NCBI GenBank assembly: GCA_937890835.1
Contig: CALADF010000049.1
Coordinates: 3,830 to 67,829 of the forward strand
Origin: an uncultured bacterium
Lineage (GTDB): Bacteria > Actinomycetota > Coriobacteriia > Coriobacteriales > Eggerthellaceae
Direction: 5' to 3'
DNA length: 64,000 nucleotides
Below, piece by piece: positions 8,341 to 17,985 of this stretch (position 1 is the stretch's first letter; every line of letters begins with the position of its first letter). The translations under genes were made by a program, and so were the position numbers. The notes beneath the pieces are model-generated. The model did not search any database. It was not told the origin of the DNA and saw only the letters and a program-made list of their open reading frames with translations.

Positions 8341-9801
8341 CTACGCCACGCGCTCCCCCACGCTCGCATCGACCGACGCCGCATCTTCGGGGTTCACCGA
8401 CGAACCCGAGCCCGACGCGCCGACGGGCTGATAGTCGACCACTTCCGCAAAAGTGATGAAGCGGTAGAAATCGTTGGAGTTATCGCAGGTGGAAAACGCG
8501 AACACCTGGTTGATGGAAGACGCAGGCGACGATGCGGGATCGGGCGTCACCAAAGACGCGTCCATGCGCGTCTGCGCGTAACCGGACAGCTCGGCCGCCG
8601 AGGCGAAGTTCGGGACGACGACGGTGGTGTCGGTCTCCTCGATGCGGTCGATGGCGAACGTGCTCAGCTTGTAGTTCCCGGTCGGCGTGAGGATGTACAC
8701 GGTTCGGTGCGCGTTGAACGTCGCCGCATCCGTGAACTGAGCGAACTGGGCGAACATCGAGCCGTCGGCCATGTTGTGGCCGTAGATCACGTTCACCTGA
8801 TCGGTGAAGTCGCCCGCGTTCTCGCCCGACAGCATGATGCAGCCGAACTCCGCGCCGAACCGGCCCGTGGTGTCGCCGCTGAACGTGTGGTTCAGGTAAT
8901 GCGAATCGTCGCCATCGCGGTGCACGATGGGGTAGCTGATCTTGGTGTCGGGAACATAGACCCAACCCACCACGTCGGGGTTGACCTCACGCAGCGCATC
9001 CCAGTTGATCTCAAAGTCCGCAAGCGTAGCGGCGGCCGGATCGCTCGGCGCCTCGAAATAATCGGTCGCGAGGGAGTCGTAGGCCTGCTGGCCGTTCCAA
9101 TACGTGTAGCCGATATAGCCAAGGGCGCCGAGCGAACCCGCCAGCACAACCAACGCAAGCCAGAACACGACGCGCCACGGCCCCTTGCCGCGCCTGCCCG
9201 ACGTCGCGCCCGCGGCAGCAGGGGCGCCTGCCGCGGGGCCGCGGGAGCCGTCCCTCCCGGTTTTGACGGGGCGCACCGCACCTGCGGCGGCGGCCGGGGC
9301 GGCAGGGCGCGCGGGGCCGCGACCTGCCTGCTGCCGTGCCCCGACAGCAGGCTGTGCGGCGGAGCGGGGCGCACGAGCCGGATCCAGATGATTCGCAGAG
9401 CGCGAGATACCCGCCTGCGCAGGGCCGGCGGCGCGCGAAGGATCGGATGCGACGCGTTGGCGGTTGCGCGGGTTGTTCATCTGCGCGCCGGCAGGTCGCG
9501 CGCCCGTCCGCGCCGCAGAACCCTGCGCGGGGCGGCTCGCGCGCTCGGACGCGTCAGATGCCGAAAGTCGTGCGCGGTTCGCATCGCGCGCAGGGGAAGG
9601 AGCCTGCGCGGCGGCGCGGGAGCCGTGCGCACCATGCGCGGAACCCTGCGCGCCGGCAGGTCGCGCCTGATGGGCGGCAACGCGCCTCTCGGCGCCCGAC
9701 GGGTCGGAGCCGGCGCCCGCACGAGCCGAGCGCCCCGACCGCGCAGAAGCCCCCCGAGCGCGGCGGCGCTCGTCCTCCCCGAATTCTCCGTGCTGAGCCA
9801 T
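8341..9801 (-). CDS. srtB: Class-B-like sortase with a long Arg/Ala/Gly-rich N-terminal cytoplasmic extension
   Basis: The catalytic half has VVGWVYVPDTKISYPIVH...YLNH...IYGHNM...FSTCD (His and Cys catalytic motifs) and one TM helix (WRVVFWLALVVLAGSLGALGYIGY). Start chosen at ATG 9801 (GGGGAG RBS). An alternative internal ATG at 9480 lacks an RBS. Confidence 0.7.
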   Translation of the reverse strand: MAQHGEFGEDERRRARGASARSGRSARAGAGSDPSGAERRVAAHQARPAGAQGSAHGAHGSRAAAQAPSPARDANRARLSASDASERASRPAQGSAARTGARPAGAQMNNPRNRQRVASDPSRAAGPAQAGISRSANHLDPARAPRSAAQPAVGARQQAGRGPARPAAPAAAAGAVRPVKTGRDGSRGPAAGAPAAAGATSGRRGKGPWRVVFWLALVVLAGSLGALGYIGYTYWNGQQAYDSLATDYFEAPSDPAAATLADFEINWDALREVNPDVVGWVYVPDTKISYPIVHRDGDDSHYLNHTFSGDTTGRFGAEFGCIMLSGENAGDFTDQVNVIYGHNMADGSMFAQFAQFTDAATFNAHRTVYILTPTGNYKLSTFAIDRIEETDTTVVVPNFASAAELSGYAQTRMDASLVTPDPASSPASSINQVFAFSTCDNSNDFYRFITFAEVVDYQPVGASGSGSSVNPEDAASVDASVGERVA

Positions 9802-9890
9802 GATCTCCCCTTGCGTAAACGAGTTCCATCCGCCCCATGCGCAGCGCTTCGCACGCGAACGCCCACCTGCGGGCTTTTCGCCCATAATAG

Positions 9891-9915
9891 AAAAACGCCC
9901 CCGCAACGGGGGGCG
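9891..9915 (-). terminator. Rho-independent terminator downstream of the small ORF / ppk2 unit
   Basis: Minus strand reads CGCCCCC-GUUGC-GGGGGCG followed by UUUUU. Confidence 0.55.
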
Positions 9916-9980
9916 TAAATCAAGCGTATGCGCAATTTCTCCCCTTTACGGCAAAACCGCAGGGAGCGATGCGCGGTGCT

Positions 9981-10100
9981 CTATTTCTTCTTCATCTCGT
10001 CGATGAAACCCTTGGCGATGAACACGACGACGATCAAGACGATGACCGCGACGATAACCCAGATCACTTCCATGGGAACGTTGAATCCGAACAGAGTCAT
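9981..10100 (-). CDS. Small (39-aa) single-pass membrane protein, uncharacterised
   Basis: Below the track's size cut-off. AAGGAG RBS 7 nt before the ATG at 10100. Translation: [39 protein letters not shown]. Followed by a terminator and located 102 nt downstream of ppk2. Confidence 0.5.
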   Translation of the reverse strand: MTLFGFNVPMEVIWVIVAVIVLIVVVFIAKGFIDEMKKK

Positions 10101-10202
10101 GATGAATGCTCCTTAACATCGAGCGCGGTTTATCGCGCGTTTCATGCATGATGCATCAAAACATGGTAACGCGCCGCCTGGATTTAGGCAAGTTCTCGCC
10201 CC

Positions 10203-11837
10203 TCACAGCCCGAGCAACTCCGTGATGTCGCGCTTCTCGCCTCCGTGCTCGAGCCTCTCCTCGAGCGCCTTGACGATGATGCGCAGCGCCTTGATGCGCG
10301 CATGCTTCTTGTCGTCGCTCTCGAGAACCACCCACGGGGCGAACGTCGTCGACGTCAGGCGGAACATATCGTCGATCGCCTGCTTGTATTGGGGGTACTT
10401 CTCGCGGTTGCGCCAATCCTCGTCGGTGATCTTCCATTGCTTGGCAGGATCGCTCGCGCGGTCCTCGAAGCGTCGCAGCTGCTCCTCGGGGCTCACGTCC
10501 ACCCAGAACTTCAGCAAGATGGCGCCCCAATCGACCATGTCGCGCTCGAACTGGTTGATCTCGTCGTAGGCGCGCGACCACTGCTCGTGCGTCGCGAAGC
10601 CCTCGACGCGCTCCACCAGAACGCGCCCGTACCAGGAGCGGTCGTAAATCCCCACGTGCCCCGCCTTCGGGAGCCGCGTCCAGTAGCGCCACAAGTGCGG
10701 GTGCATGAGCTCCGGCTTGGTGGGGGCGGGGCTCGGGAAGATGGTGTAGGCGCGCGCGTCGAGCGCTTGGGCGACGCGCTTGATGTTACCGCCCTTGCCC
10801 GCCGCGTCCCAGCCTTCGTACATGATCATGAGGGGCACGCGCTTCTGATACATGATGTTCTCGAGCTTATGCAAGCGCTTCTGCAGCTTCTTCAACTCCC
10901 GCCGATACTCCCCGGGATCCATCGCCAAGCTGTGGTCGACGCCGTCAACCCTCGGATAATCCACCACGATGGGAAACGCGCTGGAATCGGGCGCTGCAAG
11001 GTCGGGATCGTACGACGAGGCAACCTGCACGCCCTCGGAAAGCGCAGGCGCCCCCGCCTCCGCAAGCGCCCTCTTCTTCGCGAGCGCCCCCTCGATGGCG
11101 TCGATCAGCGTGCTCGCTATGACGATGTTGGCGCGGCGCTTGTCCTCGCCGTTGACCACCGTCCACGGCGCGAAGTCGAAGTTGGACACCTCGAGCAGCT
11201 TGCCGTAGAGCTTGCGCTCCTCCTCGTAGCTCCACGCGCTCGCCAGCTTCTTGTCGGGCACGCGCCAGCGGGTCGCGGGGTCGTCGTGCAAGCGCTCGAG
11301 CCGCTTTCGCTGCGCCTTCTTGCTCACGTGCAGGAACAGCTTCACCACCACGTAGCCGTCGTCGGTCAGCTGCCGCTCGAAATCGCGCACCGACGTGGCG
11401 TAGCGGCGCGCCTCGTCGCGCAGGGAGGGCGATTCGTCCGCAGCATGGGCCATCATGCGCTGTATCGCCGCGCTGTACCAGCCCTTATCGAAGAAGGTGA
11501 TGGTGCCGCGCTCGCCGAGCGCCCTCCAATACTGCTGCATGAACGGGTAGAAATCCGAGACGCCGCGCGACTTGCCGGGGAAATGGCGCAACGCGGCTTG
11601 ATCGACGTCCCCCGAAACGTGCACGCTCGTCGCACGGGCGTCGAGGTTGTACATCAAATCCGAGATCCGGCTGCCCTTCCCCGCTCCGTTCCAGCCCTCG
11701 AACAAGACGACGAGGCCGATCCCCTCCGAACGCGCCTGCTGCTGCAAGACCACCAGACGCTCCATCAAGGAGTCGCGCTTCGCCTTGTACTCCTCCTTCG
11801 ACAGAGGCTCGTTATCGAACTCGACCTTCTCCAACAT
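10203..11837 (-). CDS. ppk2: Two-domain polyphosphate kinase 2 (polyphosphate:AMP phosphotransferase type)
   Basis: Two PPK2 P-loop modules (FEGWNGAGKG and YEGWDAAGKGG). Start set at ATG 11837 (GGAGAAGG RBS). The track ORF starts at an upstream GTG (11894). Confidence 0.85.
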   Translation of the reverse strand: MLEKVEFDNEPLSKEEYKAKRDSLMERLVVLQQQARSEGIGLVVLFEGWNGAGKGSRISDLMYNLDARATSVHVSGDVDQAALRHFPGKSRGVSDFYPFMQQYWRALGERGTITFFDKGWYSAAIQRMMAHAADESPSLRDEARRYATSVRDFERQLTDDGYVVVKLFLHVSKKAQRKRLERLHDDPATRWRVPDKKLASAWSYEEERKLYGKLLEVSNFDFAPWTVVNGEDKRRANIVIASTLIDAIEGALAKKRALAEAGAPALSEGVQVASSYDPDLAAPDSSAFPIVVDYPRVDGVDHSLAMDPGEYRRELKKLQKRLHKLENIMYQKRVPLMIMYEGWDAAGKGGNIKRVAQALDARAYTIFPSPAPTKPELMHPHLWRYWTRLPKAGHVGIYDRSWYGRVLVERVEGFATHEQWSRAYDEINQFERDMVDWGAILLKFWVDVSPEEQLRRFEDRASDPAKQWKITDEDWRNREKYPQYKQAIDDMFRLTSTTFAPWVVLESDDKKHARIKALRIIVKALEERLEHGGEKRDITELLGL

Positions 11838-12036
11838 GGACAACACCTTCTCCGGTACGTTTCGTCGAATCGCTGCGCCCTTATCGTCGCACACTTCCGC
11901 CTGAGGGCGCCCGTCTTCGGTAAGAGCTTCGTAAAATCGCCGGCGGCAGCAGGCCCGGGCGTTTCCGTTACACTACGATAGGAAAATGCAAGCAAACCGC
12001 GCCTTTGCGCGGACAACCCGAAAAGAGTACGTTTCC

Positions 12037-12963
12037 ATGCCCAAATACGGCGTCATCGACCTCGGATCGAACTCGATCCGCCTCGTCATATACAGCGTGA
12101 AGGACAACGCCTCGAAGCCCTTCTCGAAAAAGGACTTCCGCAGCATCATCAACGAGAAGAAGATAGCGGGTCTTTCCGCCTACGTCGTCGACGGCGTGTT
12201 CACCGAGGACGGCGTGCGCAAGGCCGTCGACGTCCTCGGTGAGCACCTGCGCCGCGCTCGCAACTTCGACTGCGCCGACATCCGCATCTTCGCCACGGCG
12301 GTGCTGCGCAACTGCGCTAACTCCAAGGAGGCGACCGCGGCCATCAGCGAGGGCATCGACTTCCCCATCGAGATGATCTCGGCACGCGACGAGGCGCACC
12401 TCGGGTTCATCGGCGCGACCTGCGATCGCCGAATCGAATCCGGCACGCTCATCGACATCGGCGGCGGATCGACCGAGCTCACCGTCATCGAGGACGGGAC
12501 CGACACGCTCAACATCAGCCTCGACCAGGGCAGCGTCTCATCCTACGCCGAATTCGTCGAGATGATCCTGCCGACCGTAGACGAGATGAGGGCGATCGAG
12601 GCCGCCTTCAAAACACGACTTGCCACCGTCGAGGACCTCGGCGTCTACCACGCCCCGAAACTCTACGGCATCGGCGGCAGCGTGCGCGCGGCCGCCAAGC
12701 TCTACGGCGAGGCGTTCGGCGGAGGCAGCCGCCCCAAGCTTCTCGAACGCCATCAGCTCGATGCGGCCGTCACGCTGCTCGAGCGCAGCCCGAGCACGTT
12801 CGCTCACCGAGCGGTGAAGGCGGTTCCCGAGCGTCTCCACACCGTCATCCCCGGCTCCCTCATCGCCTTGACGCTCATGCGCGAGCTCGGCGCCGACCGG
12901 CTTGAAATATGCAAGTACGGAATTCGCGAGGGCTATCTGATCAAGCGTATACTTAACGGATAA
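12037..12963 (+). CDS. ppx: Ppx/GppA-family exopolyphosphatase
   Basis: MPKYGVIDLGSNSIRLVIY...IDIGGGSTEL (ASKHA phosphatase motifs). Divergent from ppk2. Confidence 0.82.
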   Translation: MPKYGVIDLGSNSIRLVIYSVKDNASKPFSKKDFRSIINEKKIAGLSAYVVDGVFTEDGVRKAVDVLGEHLRRARNFDCADIRIFATAVLRNCANSKEATAAISEGIDFPIEMISARDEAHLGFIGATCDRRIESGTLIDIGGGSTELTVIEDGTDTLNISLDQGSVSSYAEFVEMILPTVDEMRAIEAAFKTRLATVEDLGVYHAPKLYGIGGSVRAAAKLYGEAFGGGSRPKLLERHQLDAAVTLLERSPSTFAHRAVKAVPERLHTVIPGSLIALTLMRELGADRLEICKYGIREGYLIKRILNG

Positions 12964-12994
12964 CCCCCCTTGTTCGAAGAGAAGGGAGACCGAC

Positions 12995-15853
12995 ATGGAG
13001 CAAACGGGCAATCCTTTGAACGTCGCTTACATGCAAAACCGCGAGCTTTCCTGGCTCGACTTCAACAAGCGCGTGCTTGACCAGGGAGCCGACGAGACGG
13101 TGCCGCTGCTCGAGCGGCTGAACTTCATCTCGATTTTCTGGAGCAACCTGCAGGAGTTCTTCATGGTGCGCGTCGGCAGCTTGACCGACCTGTCGCTCGT
13201 GAAGAAATCCATCGTCGACTCGAAAACGGGAATGACGCCCTCCGAGCAGCTGAGCGCCATCTACGCGCGCTGCCGCGAGCTGTACCCCTATTACGAGCGG
13301 ACCTACGAGGATCTGCGCCAGCTTCTGCGCGAGCAGGGCATCGAGCACCTGCGTCGCAGCGAGCTGACCGTCGAGCAGCTCTCCTACATCGACGACTACG
13401 TGCACGCCTCGGTGCTGCCGTTCCTCTCCCCGCAGATCATCAACGCGCGCCATCCCTTCCCCCACCTCGAGAACGGCGCGCTCTACATCGTCGTGCGCCT
13501 CGACGAGGAGGCCCAGCGCAAAAAGAAGAAGGAGAAGGGGAAAGGCTCCGCCAAGGACTCGAAGGCGACGAAGAACGTCGGCGCCGAAGGCGTCACGCTC
13601 GGGCTCATCCCGCTGCCCCGCCAGTGCGAGCGCGTCGTGAAGCTTCCGGGCAAAGGCCTTCAGTTCGTGCTGCTCGAGCACGTCATCGAGATGTACGCGG
13701 CGGAGATCTTCTCCATGTACAGCGTCAAGCACACCAACATCATCTGCGTCACGCGCAACGCCGACCTCGACGCCACCGAGGGCGGGGACGAGCAGGACGA
13801 GGATTACCGCGAGCACATGAAGCGCATCCTGAAGAAGCGCGCGCGTCTCGCGCCCGTGCGTCTTGAATGCGAAACCGAGCTGTCAAGCACCATCAAGCCG
13901 CTTCTGCTCGATCGACTCAACCTCAAAGAGCACCAGGTGTTCACCACCACGGTGCCGCTCGACCTCAGCTACACCTTCGGCCTCGCCTCGCTCGCGGGAC
14001 AGAAGCGCGCAGCTTCGCTCATGCAACCGCCCTTCACGCCTCAGTGGCCGGCATGCCTCGAGCGAAACCGCTCCATCATCGAGCAGGTGTCCGAGCACGA
14101 GGTGCTGCTGAACTATCCTTACGAGTCGATGGACGCGTTCGTGCAGCTGCTGCGCGAGGCCGCCGTCGACCCGTCCGTCGTGTCGATCAAGATCACGCTG
14201 TACCGCCTGGCAAGCCAATCGCATCTCGCCGAAGCGCTCATCGCCGCCGCGGAAGCGGGCAAGGAGGTCACGGCCCTGTTCGAGCTGCGGGCGCGCTTCG
14301 ACGAGTCCAACAACATCGAGTGGTCCCAGCGCTTCGAGCAGGCGGGCTGCCGCGTCATCTACGGCTTCCGCGATTTCAAGGTGCACTCCAAGATCTGCAC
14401 CATCACGCGCCAAACCGAATCGGGCATCCAGCACATCACCCAGCTCGGCACGGGCAACTACAACGAGAAGACGGCGCGGCTCTACACCGACTTCTCCTTC
14501 ATCACCACCGATCCGTGCATCGGGCGCGACGCCGTGCAGTTCTTCCACAACATGGCGCTCGAGAACACCTCGAACGACTACGACATCCTCTGGGTCGCGC
14601 CGCTGCAGATCAAACAGAACATCCTCGCCGGCATCGACGCGCAGATCGCCCGTGCGCGCCGCGGCGAGCCCGCCGGGCTTTTCATCAAGACGAACTCGGT
14701 CACCGACAAGGACGTCATCCTCAAGATCGTCGAGGCGTCTCAGGCGGGCGTGAAGTGCACGCTGCTCGTGCGCGGCATCTCCTGCATCGTGCCCGGCGTC
14801 GAGGGCTACACCGATAACGTCCGCGTGGTCTCCATCGTCGGCCGCCTGCTCGAGCACAGCCGCATCTACTGCTTCGGCTCGCACGACGACTGCAAGGTCT
14901 ACCTGTCGAGCGCCGACCTGATGACGCGCAACATGGACAAACGCATCGAGATAGCCTGGCCGGTTCTGAGCAAGAAGCTCCACGACCAGATCATCGCCTA
15001 TCTCGACACCTGCATGGCCGACACCGCCAAGCTGCGCGAGCTCCTGCCTTCCGGGCACTACACGCCGCTCGGCTATTTCGCGAAGAAGAACTCGGAGGGA
15101 GAGCCTGTTCTGTTCGACTCCCAAAACGAGTTGATCGCCCAAGCGCTGCGCGCGCACCACGAGGCGACCGAATCCTTGGCTAAGCGCGAGGCGAACCGCG
15201 GAAGGTTCGCGCACTTCGAGCATGAGGAGGTCGCCGCCGCAAGCGCCGCGACGCCCAAGCCCGCGCCTGCGTCGGCACCCGCCGTCGCCGCAGAGCCCGA
15301 GCCTGCGCCCGAGACGGCGGCTGTTGCCGCGAAGCCCGAACCGGTGGCATCGACGGCGACCGACGAGCAAGCTCCGGCAGCCGAGCATGAACGGAATCGG
15401 GCCACGACGCCGCACCATGGCGACGGCCCTCATGAGGTCAAGCCCGCATCCGAGCCCGCCGAGAGGTTGAAAGCCATCGGCGACGTGGTGGGAGATGTGG
15501 CGAAAGCAGCGGGAAGCGTGGCAGCCGGCGTCGCCATCACAGCGGGAACCGCAGCCGCCCACGGGGCGATAGCGGCGGGAAGCGTGGCGGCCGGCGCCGC
15601 GAAAGCGGCGGGCGACGCCGTGCTCGATGCCGCGAAGGAAGCAGGCGAGGCCGCACGCGGCATCAACGGAGCCGGCGCGCGTGCAACGAGAAAGACCCCC
15701 GCAGCGAAACCGCACGGCGAAGGCGGGCACCCGAAGCGGGACGCCGCGCCGACACCGGCCCCCTCCCCGCAGCCTGCTCTGGCGAAGCGCCCTGCGGCAA
15801 GAAAGCCGGGCTTTTTCAGCCGCGTTATCGGCGCGTTATCCAAACGCCGTTAG
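12995..15853 (+). CDS. ppk: Polyphosphate kinase 1 with a ~220-aa Ala/Pro-rich C-terminal extension
   Basis: NRELSWLDFNKRVL...FWSNLQEFFMVRV...HSKICTITR...GTGNYNEKTA...HSRIYCFG (PPK1 PLD-like motifs). AAGGGAGA RBS. The last ~220 aa are low complexity. Confidence 0.92.
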   Translation: MEQTGNPLNVAYMQNRELSWLDFNKRVLDQGADETVPLLERLNFISIFWSNLQEFFMVRVGSLTDLSLVKKSIVDSKTGMTPSEQLSAIYARCRELYPYYERTYEDLRQLLREQGIEHLRRSELTVEQLSYIDDYVHASVLPFLSPQIINARHPFPHLENGALYIVVRLDEEAQRKKKKEKGKGSAKDSKATKNVGAEGVTLGLIPLPRQCERVVKLPGKGLQFVLLEHVIEMYAAEIFSMYSVKHTNIICVTRNADLDATEGGDEQDEDYREHMKRILKKRARLAPVRLECETELSSTIKPLLLDRLNLKEHQVFTTTVPLDLSYTFGLASLAGQKRAASLMQPPFTPQWPACLERNRSIIEQVSEHEVLLNYPYESMDAFVQLLREAAVDPSVVSIKITLYRLASQSHLAEALIAAAEAGKEVTALFELRARFDESNNIEWSQRFEQAGCRVIYGFRDFKVHSKICTITRQTESGIQHITQLGTGNYNEKTARLYTDFSFITTDPCIGRDAVQFFHNMALENTSNDYDILWVAPLQIKQNILAGIDAQIARARRGEPAGLFIKTNSVTDKDVILKIVEASQAGVKCTLLVRGISCIVPGVEGYTDNVRVVSIVGRLLEHSRIYCFGSHDDCKVYLSSADLMTRNMDKRIEIAWPVLSKKLHDQIIAYLDTCMADTAKLRELLPSGHYTPLGYFAKKNSEGEPVLFDSQNELIAQALRAHHEATESLAKREANRGRFAHFEHEEVAAASAATPKPAPASAPAVAAEPEPAPETAAVAAKPEPVASTATDEQAPAAEHERNRATTPHHGDGPHEVKPASEPAERLKAIGDVVGDVAKAAGSVAAGVAITAGTAAAHGAIAAGSVAAGAAKAAGDAVLDAAKEAGEAARGINGAGARATRKTPAAKPHGEGGHPKRDAAPTPAPSPQPALAKRPAARKPGFFSRVIGALSKRR

Positions 15854-15914
15854 CGACATCGAGCGCATGACGAAGAAAAGGGGGCCTGATCAGAACTGAG
15901 CCCTTTGCAATGTT

Positions 15915-15944
15915 GGACCCGGAATGGAGACGCATTCCGGGTCC
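15915..15944. terminator. 12-bp perfect hairpin between the convergent ppk and glmM genes (candidate bidirectional terminator)
   Basis: GGACCCGGAATG-gagacg-CATTCCGGGTCC. There is no strong U-tract on either side. Confidence 0.4.
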
Positions 15945-16048
15945 GCTTACGTTGGGGTGCAGTGAGAAACGCAAGGGGCCGTGCATGTGCGCACGACCCC
16001 CGAAATCATCATATGAACGACCGACCTCTTTAGCCCGGAACGAGACCG

Positions 16049-17422
16049 CTACGCCCCCACGCTCTCGACGACAGCGGCGATGGCAGCGGCGTGGGCGTCG
16101 GCATCCTCCTGGCGAAGGGCCTCGACCATCACGCGAACCACAGGCTCAGTGCCGCTCGGACGCAACAGCACGCGCCCGTCGTCGCCGAGCGCGCGCTCCG
16201 CTTCCGCCACCGCCTCGGCGACGCGCTCGTCCTCGCCGACAGCGTGCTTGTCGGCGACGCGCACGTTGATGAGCGTTTGCGGGAAGCGCGTCATGACGCC
16301 GACCGCCTCCTCGACCGTCTTGCCGGTGCGCTTGACCGCCGCCAGGAACTGGACGGCCGTCATCAGGCCATCGCCCGTGGAATTATGCTCGAGCAGGATC
16401 ATATGACCCGACTGCTCACCGCCGATGGAGAAGCCATTCGCACGCATCTCCTCGAGCACGTAACGGTCGCCCACCTTGGTCTGCACGACCTCGATGCCCG
16501 CATCGCGCATGGCGTGGACGAACCCGAGGTTGCACATGACCGTGGAGACCACCGTGTTGCCTGCCAGAGCGCCGCGCTCCCTCATATCGAGCGCGCACAC
16601 GGCCTCGATGACATCGCCGTCGATCTCCTCACCCGTCGGGGTCATGAGCATCACGCGATCAGCATCGCCATCGTGGGCGATGCCCACATCGGCGCCGGTT
16701 TCCTGCATCAGCTCGCGCAAAGGCCCGAGATGCGTGGAACCGCAGTCGACGTTGATGTCGTTGCCGTCGTAGTCGTCGTTGATGACGATCACCTCGGCGC
16801 CGAGACGCCTGAGGGCCGCCGGGCTCGTGAGCGACGACGCGCCGTGCCCGGTGTCGAGCGCGATGGTCATGCCCGAGAAGTCGATGCCCTGGGCGAGGAT
16901 GGAGCGAACCGCATGCTCGATGTAAATCTCGCAGGCCTCCTCGACCTCGACTGCGACGCCGAGCTCGGGACCCGAGGGCATGGCCGCATCCGCATCGCCC
17001 GCCTCGTGCGCACGCGAAACAGCGCCTTCAAGTCCTCCCGCCGCGATGAACGCCTCGATCTCGTCCTCGACAGCGTCGGGCAGCTTGAAGCCCTGCGCAT
17101 CGAACAGTTTGATGCCGTTGTACTCCGGCGGGTTGTGCGAAGCCGAGATGACCACGCCGCCGGCGGCGCTCAGCTCGCGCACGAGCAGGGCGACCGCAGG
17201 CGTGGGGATGACGCCCGCGAGCAAGGCCGTGCCGCCGGCGCTCGTCACGCCCGCGACGAGCGCGGATTCGAGCATATCCCCCGAAAGACGCGTGTCCTTG
17301 CCCACGACGATGGTCTTGCCGAGAAACGAGGCGGCTGCCTGACCGAGGCGATAGGCCATCTCGCAGGTGAGCTCGGTGTTGGCGACACCGCGCACGCCGT
17401 CGGTTCCGAATAAACGTGCCAT
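16049..17422 (-). CDS. glmM: Phosphoglucosamine mutase
   Basis: MARLFGTDGVRGVAN...ISASHNPPEYNGIK...GDGDADR. GGAGG RBS. Confidence 0.93.
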   Translation of the reverse strand: MARLFGTDGVRGVANTELTCEMAYRLGQAAASFLGKTIVVGKDTRLSGDMLESALVAGVTSAGGTALLAGVIPTPAVALLVRELSAAGGVVISASHNPPEYNGIKLFDAQGFKLPDAVEDEIEAFIAAGGLEGAVSRAHEAGDADAAMPSGPELGVAVEVEEACEIYIEHAVRSILAQGIDFSGMTIALDTGHGASSLTSPAALRRLGAEVIVINDDYDGNDINVDCGSTHLGPLRELMQETGADVGIAHDGDADRVMLMTPTGEEIDGDVIEAVCALDMRERGALAGNTVVSTVMCNLGFVHAMRDAGIEVVQTKVGDRYVLEEMRANGFSIGGEQSGHMILLEHNSTGDGLMTAVQFLAAVKRTGKTVEEAVGVMTRFPQTLINVRVADKHAVGEDERVAEAVAEAERALGDDGRVLLRPSGTEPVVRVMVEALRQEDADAHAAAIAAVVESVGA

Positions 17423-17487
17423 GATCGTTTCCTCCTTCAGCGCGCGATTTGCGGCGAGCCAAAGCTCGCCGACCCGCGCATCATATA

Positions 17488-17985
17488 TTACTTCCCGCGT
17501 TTGACGTGGTCTTCTTTCAGTCGGATGGCGCCTTCGGGACGCTCATCCGCCGTCATGCGGTTGTTCAGCTCCGCAGCGAACTCGTCAAGCGAGATACCGT
17601 ATCGCTCGAGAACCACGAGCAAATGATAAACCACGTCCGCAGCTTCGTAGCGCAGATGATCGACCGCCGATTGGTACTCCTCGGGAAGATCGACCGCGAG
17701 CTCGTCGAGCTCGCGGGGTTCATCGCTCGCACTCTCGTAGGCGAACGCCGCAGCGAGCGATGAAACGGCCCACGACTCGACGTCTTTCGCAGCGAGGGCC
17801 ACCTCGCCCGATTCCTCCATGACCTTCTTCAGCACCATATCGGGCGAAGAGGTGAGGAGCCGGTGCGTGTAGCTCTCGTCGCCGGCATCGCGGCGCGCGG
17901 CGATGGTCGCCGCAAGCGTTTCGAGCGTCAACCCTATTTGGGAGCAAGGAGCCGTCTCGCCTTCAGGCACATAGGTTTTGTTCAT
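17488..17985 (-). CDS. hisE: Phosphoribosyl-ATP pyrophosphohydrolase-like (MazG/HisE fold) protein
   Basis: SYTHRLLTSSPDMVLKKVMEESGEVALAAKD...LRYEAADVVYHLLVVLERYGISLDEF fits HisE, with an internal insertion of ~35 aa. Confidence 0.6.
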   Translation of the reverse strand: MNKTYVPEGETAPCSQIGLTLETLAATIAARRDAGDESYTHRLLTSSPDMVLKKVMEESGEVALAAKDVESWAVSSLAAAFAYESASDEPRELDELAVDLPEEYQSAVDHLRYEAADVVYHLLVVLERYGISLDEFAAELNNRMTADERPEGAIRLKEDHVKRGK

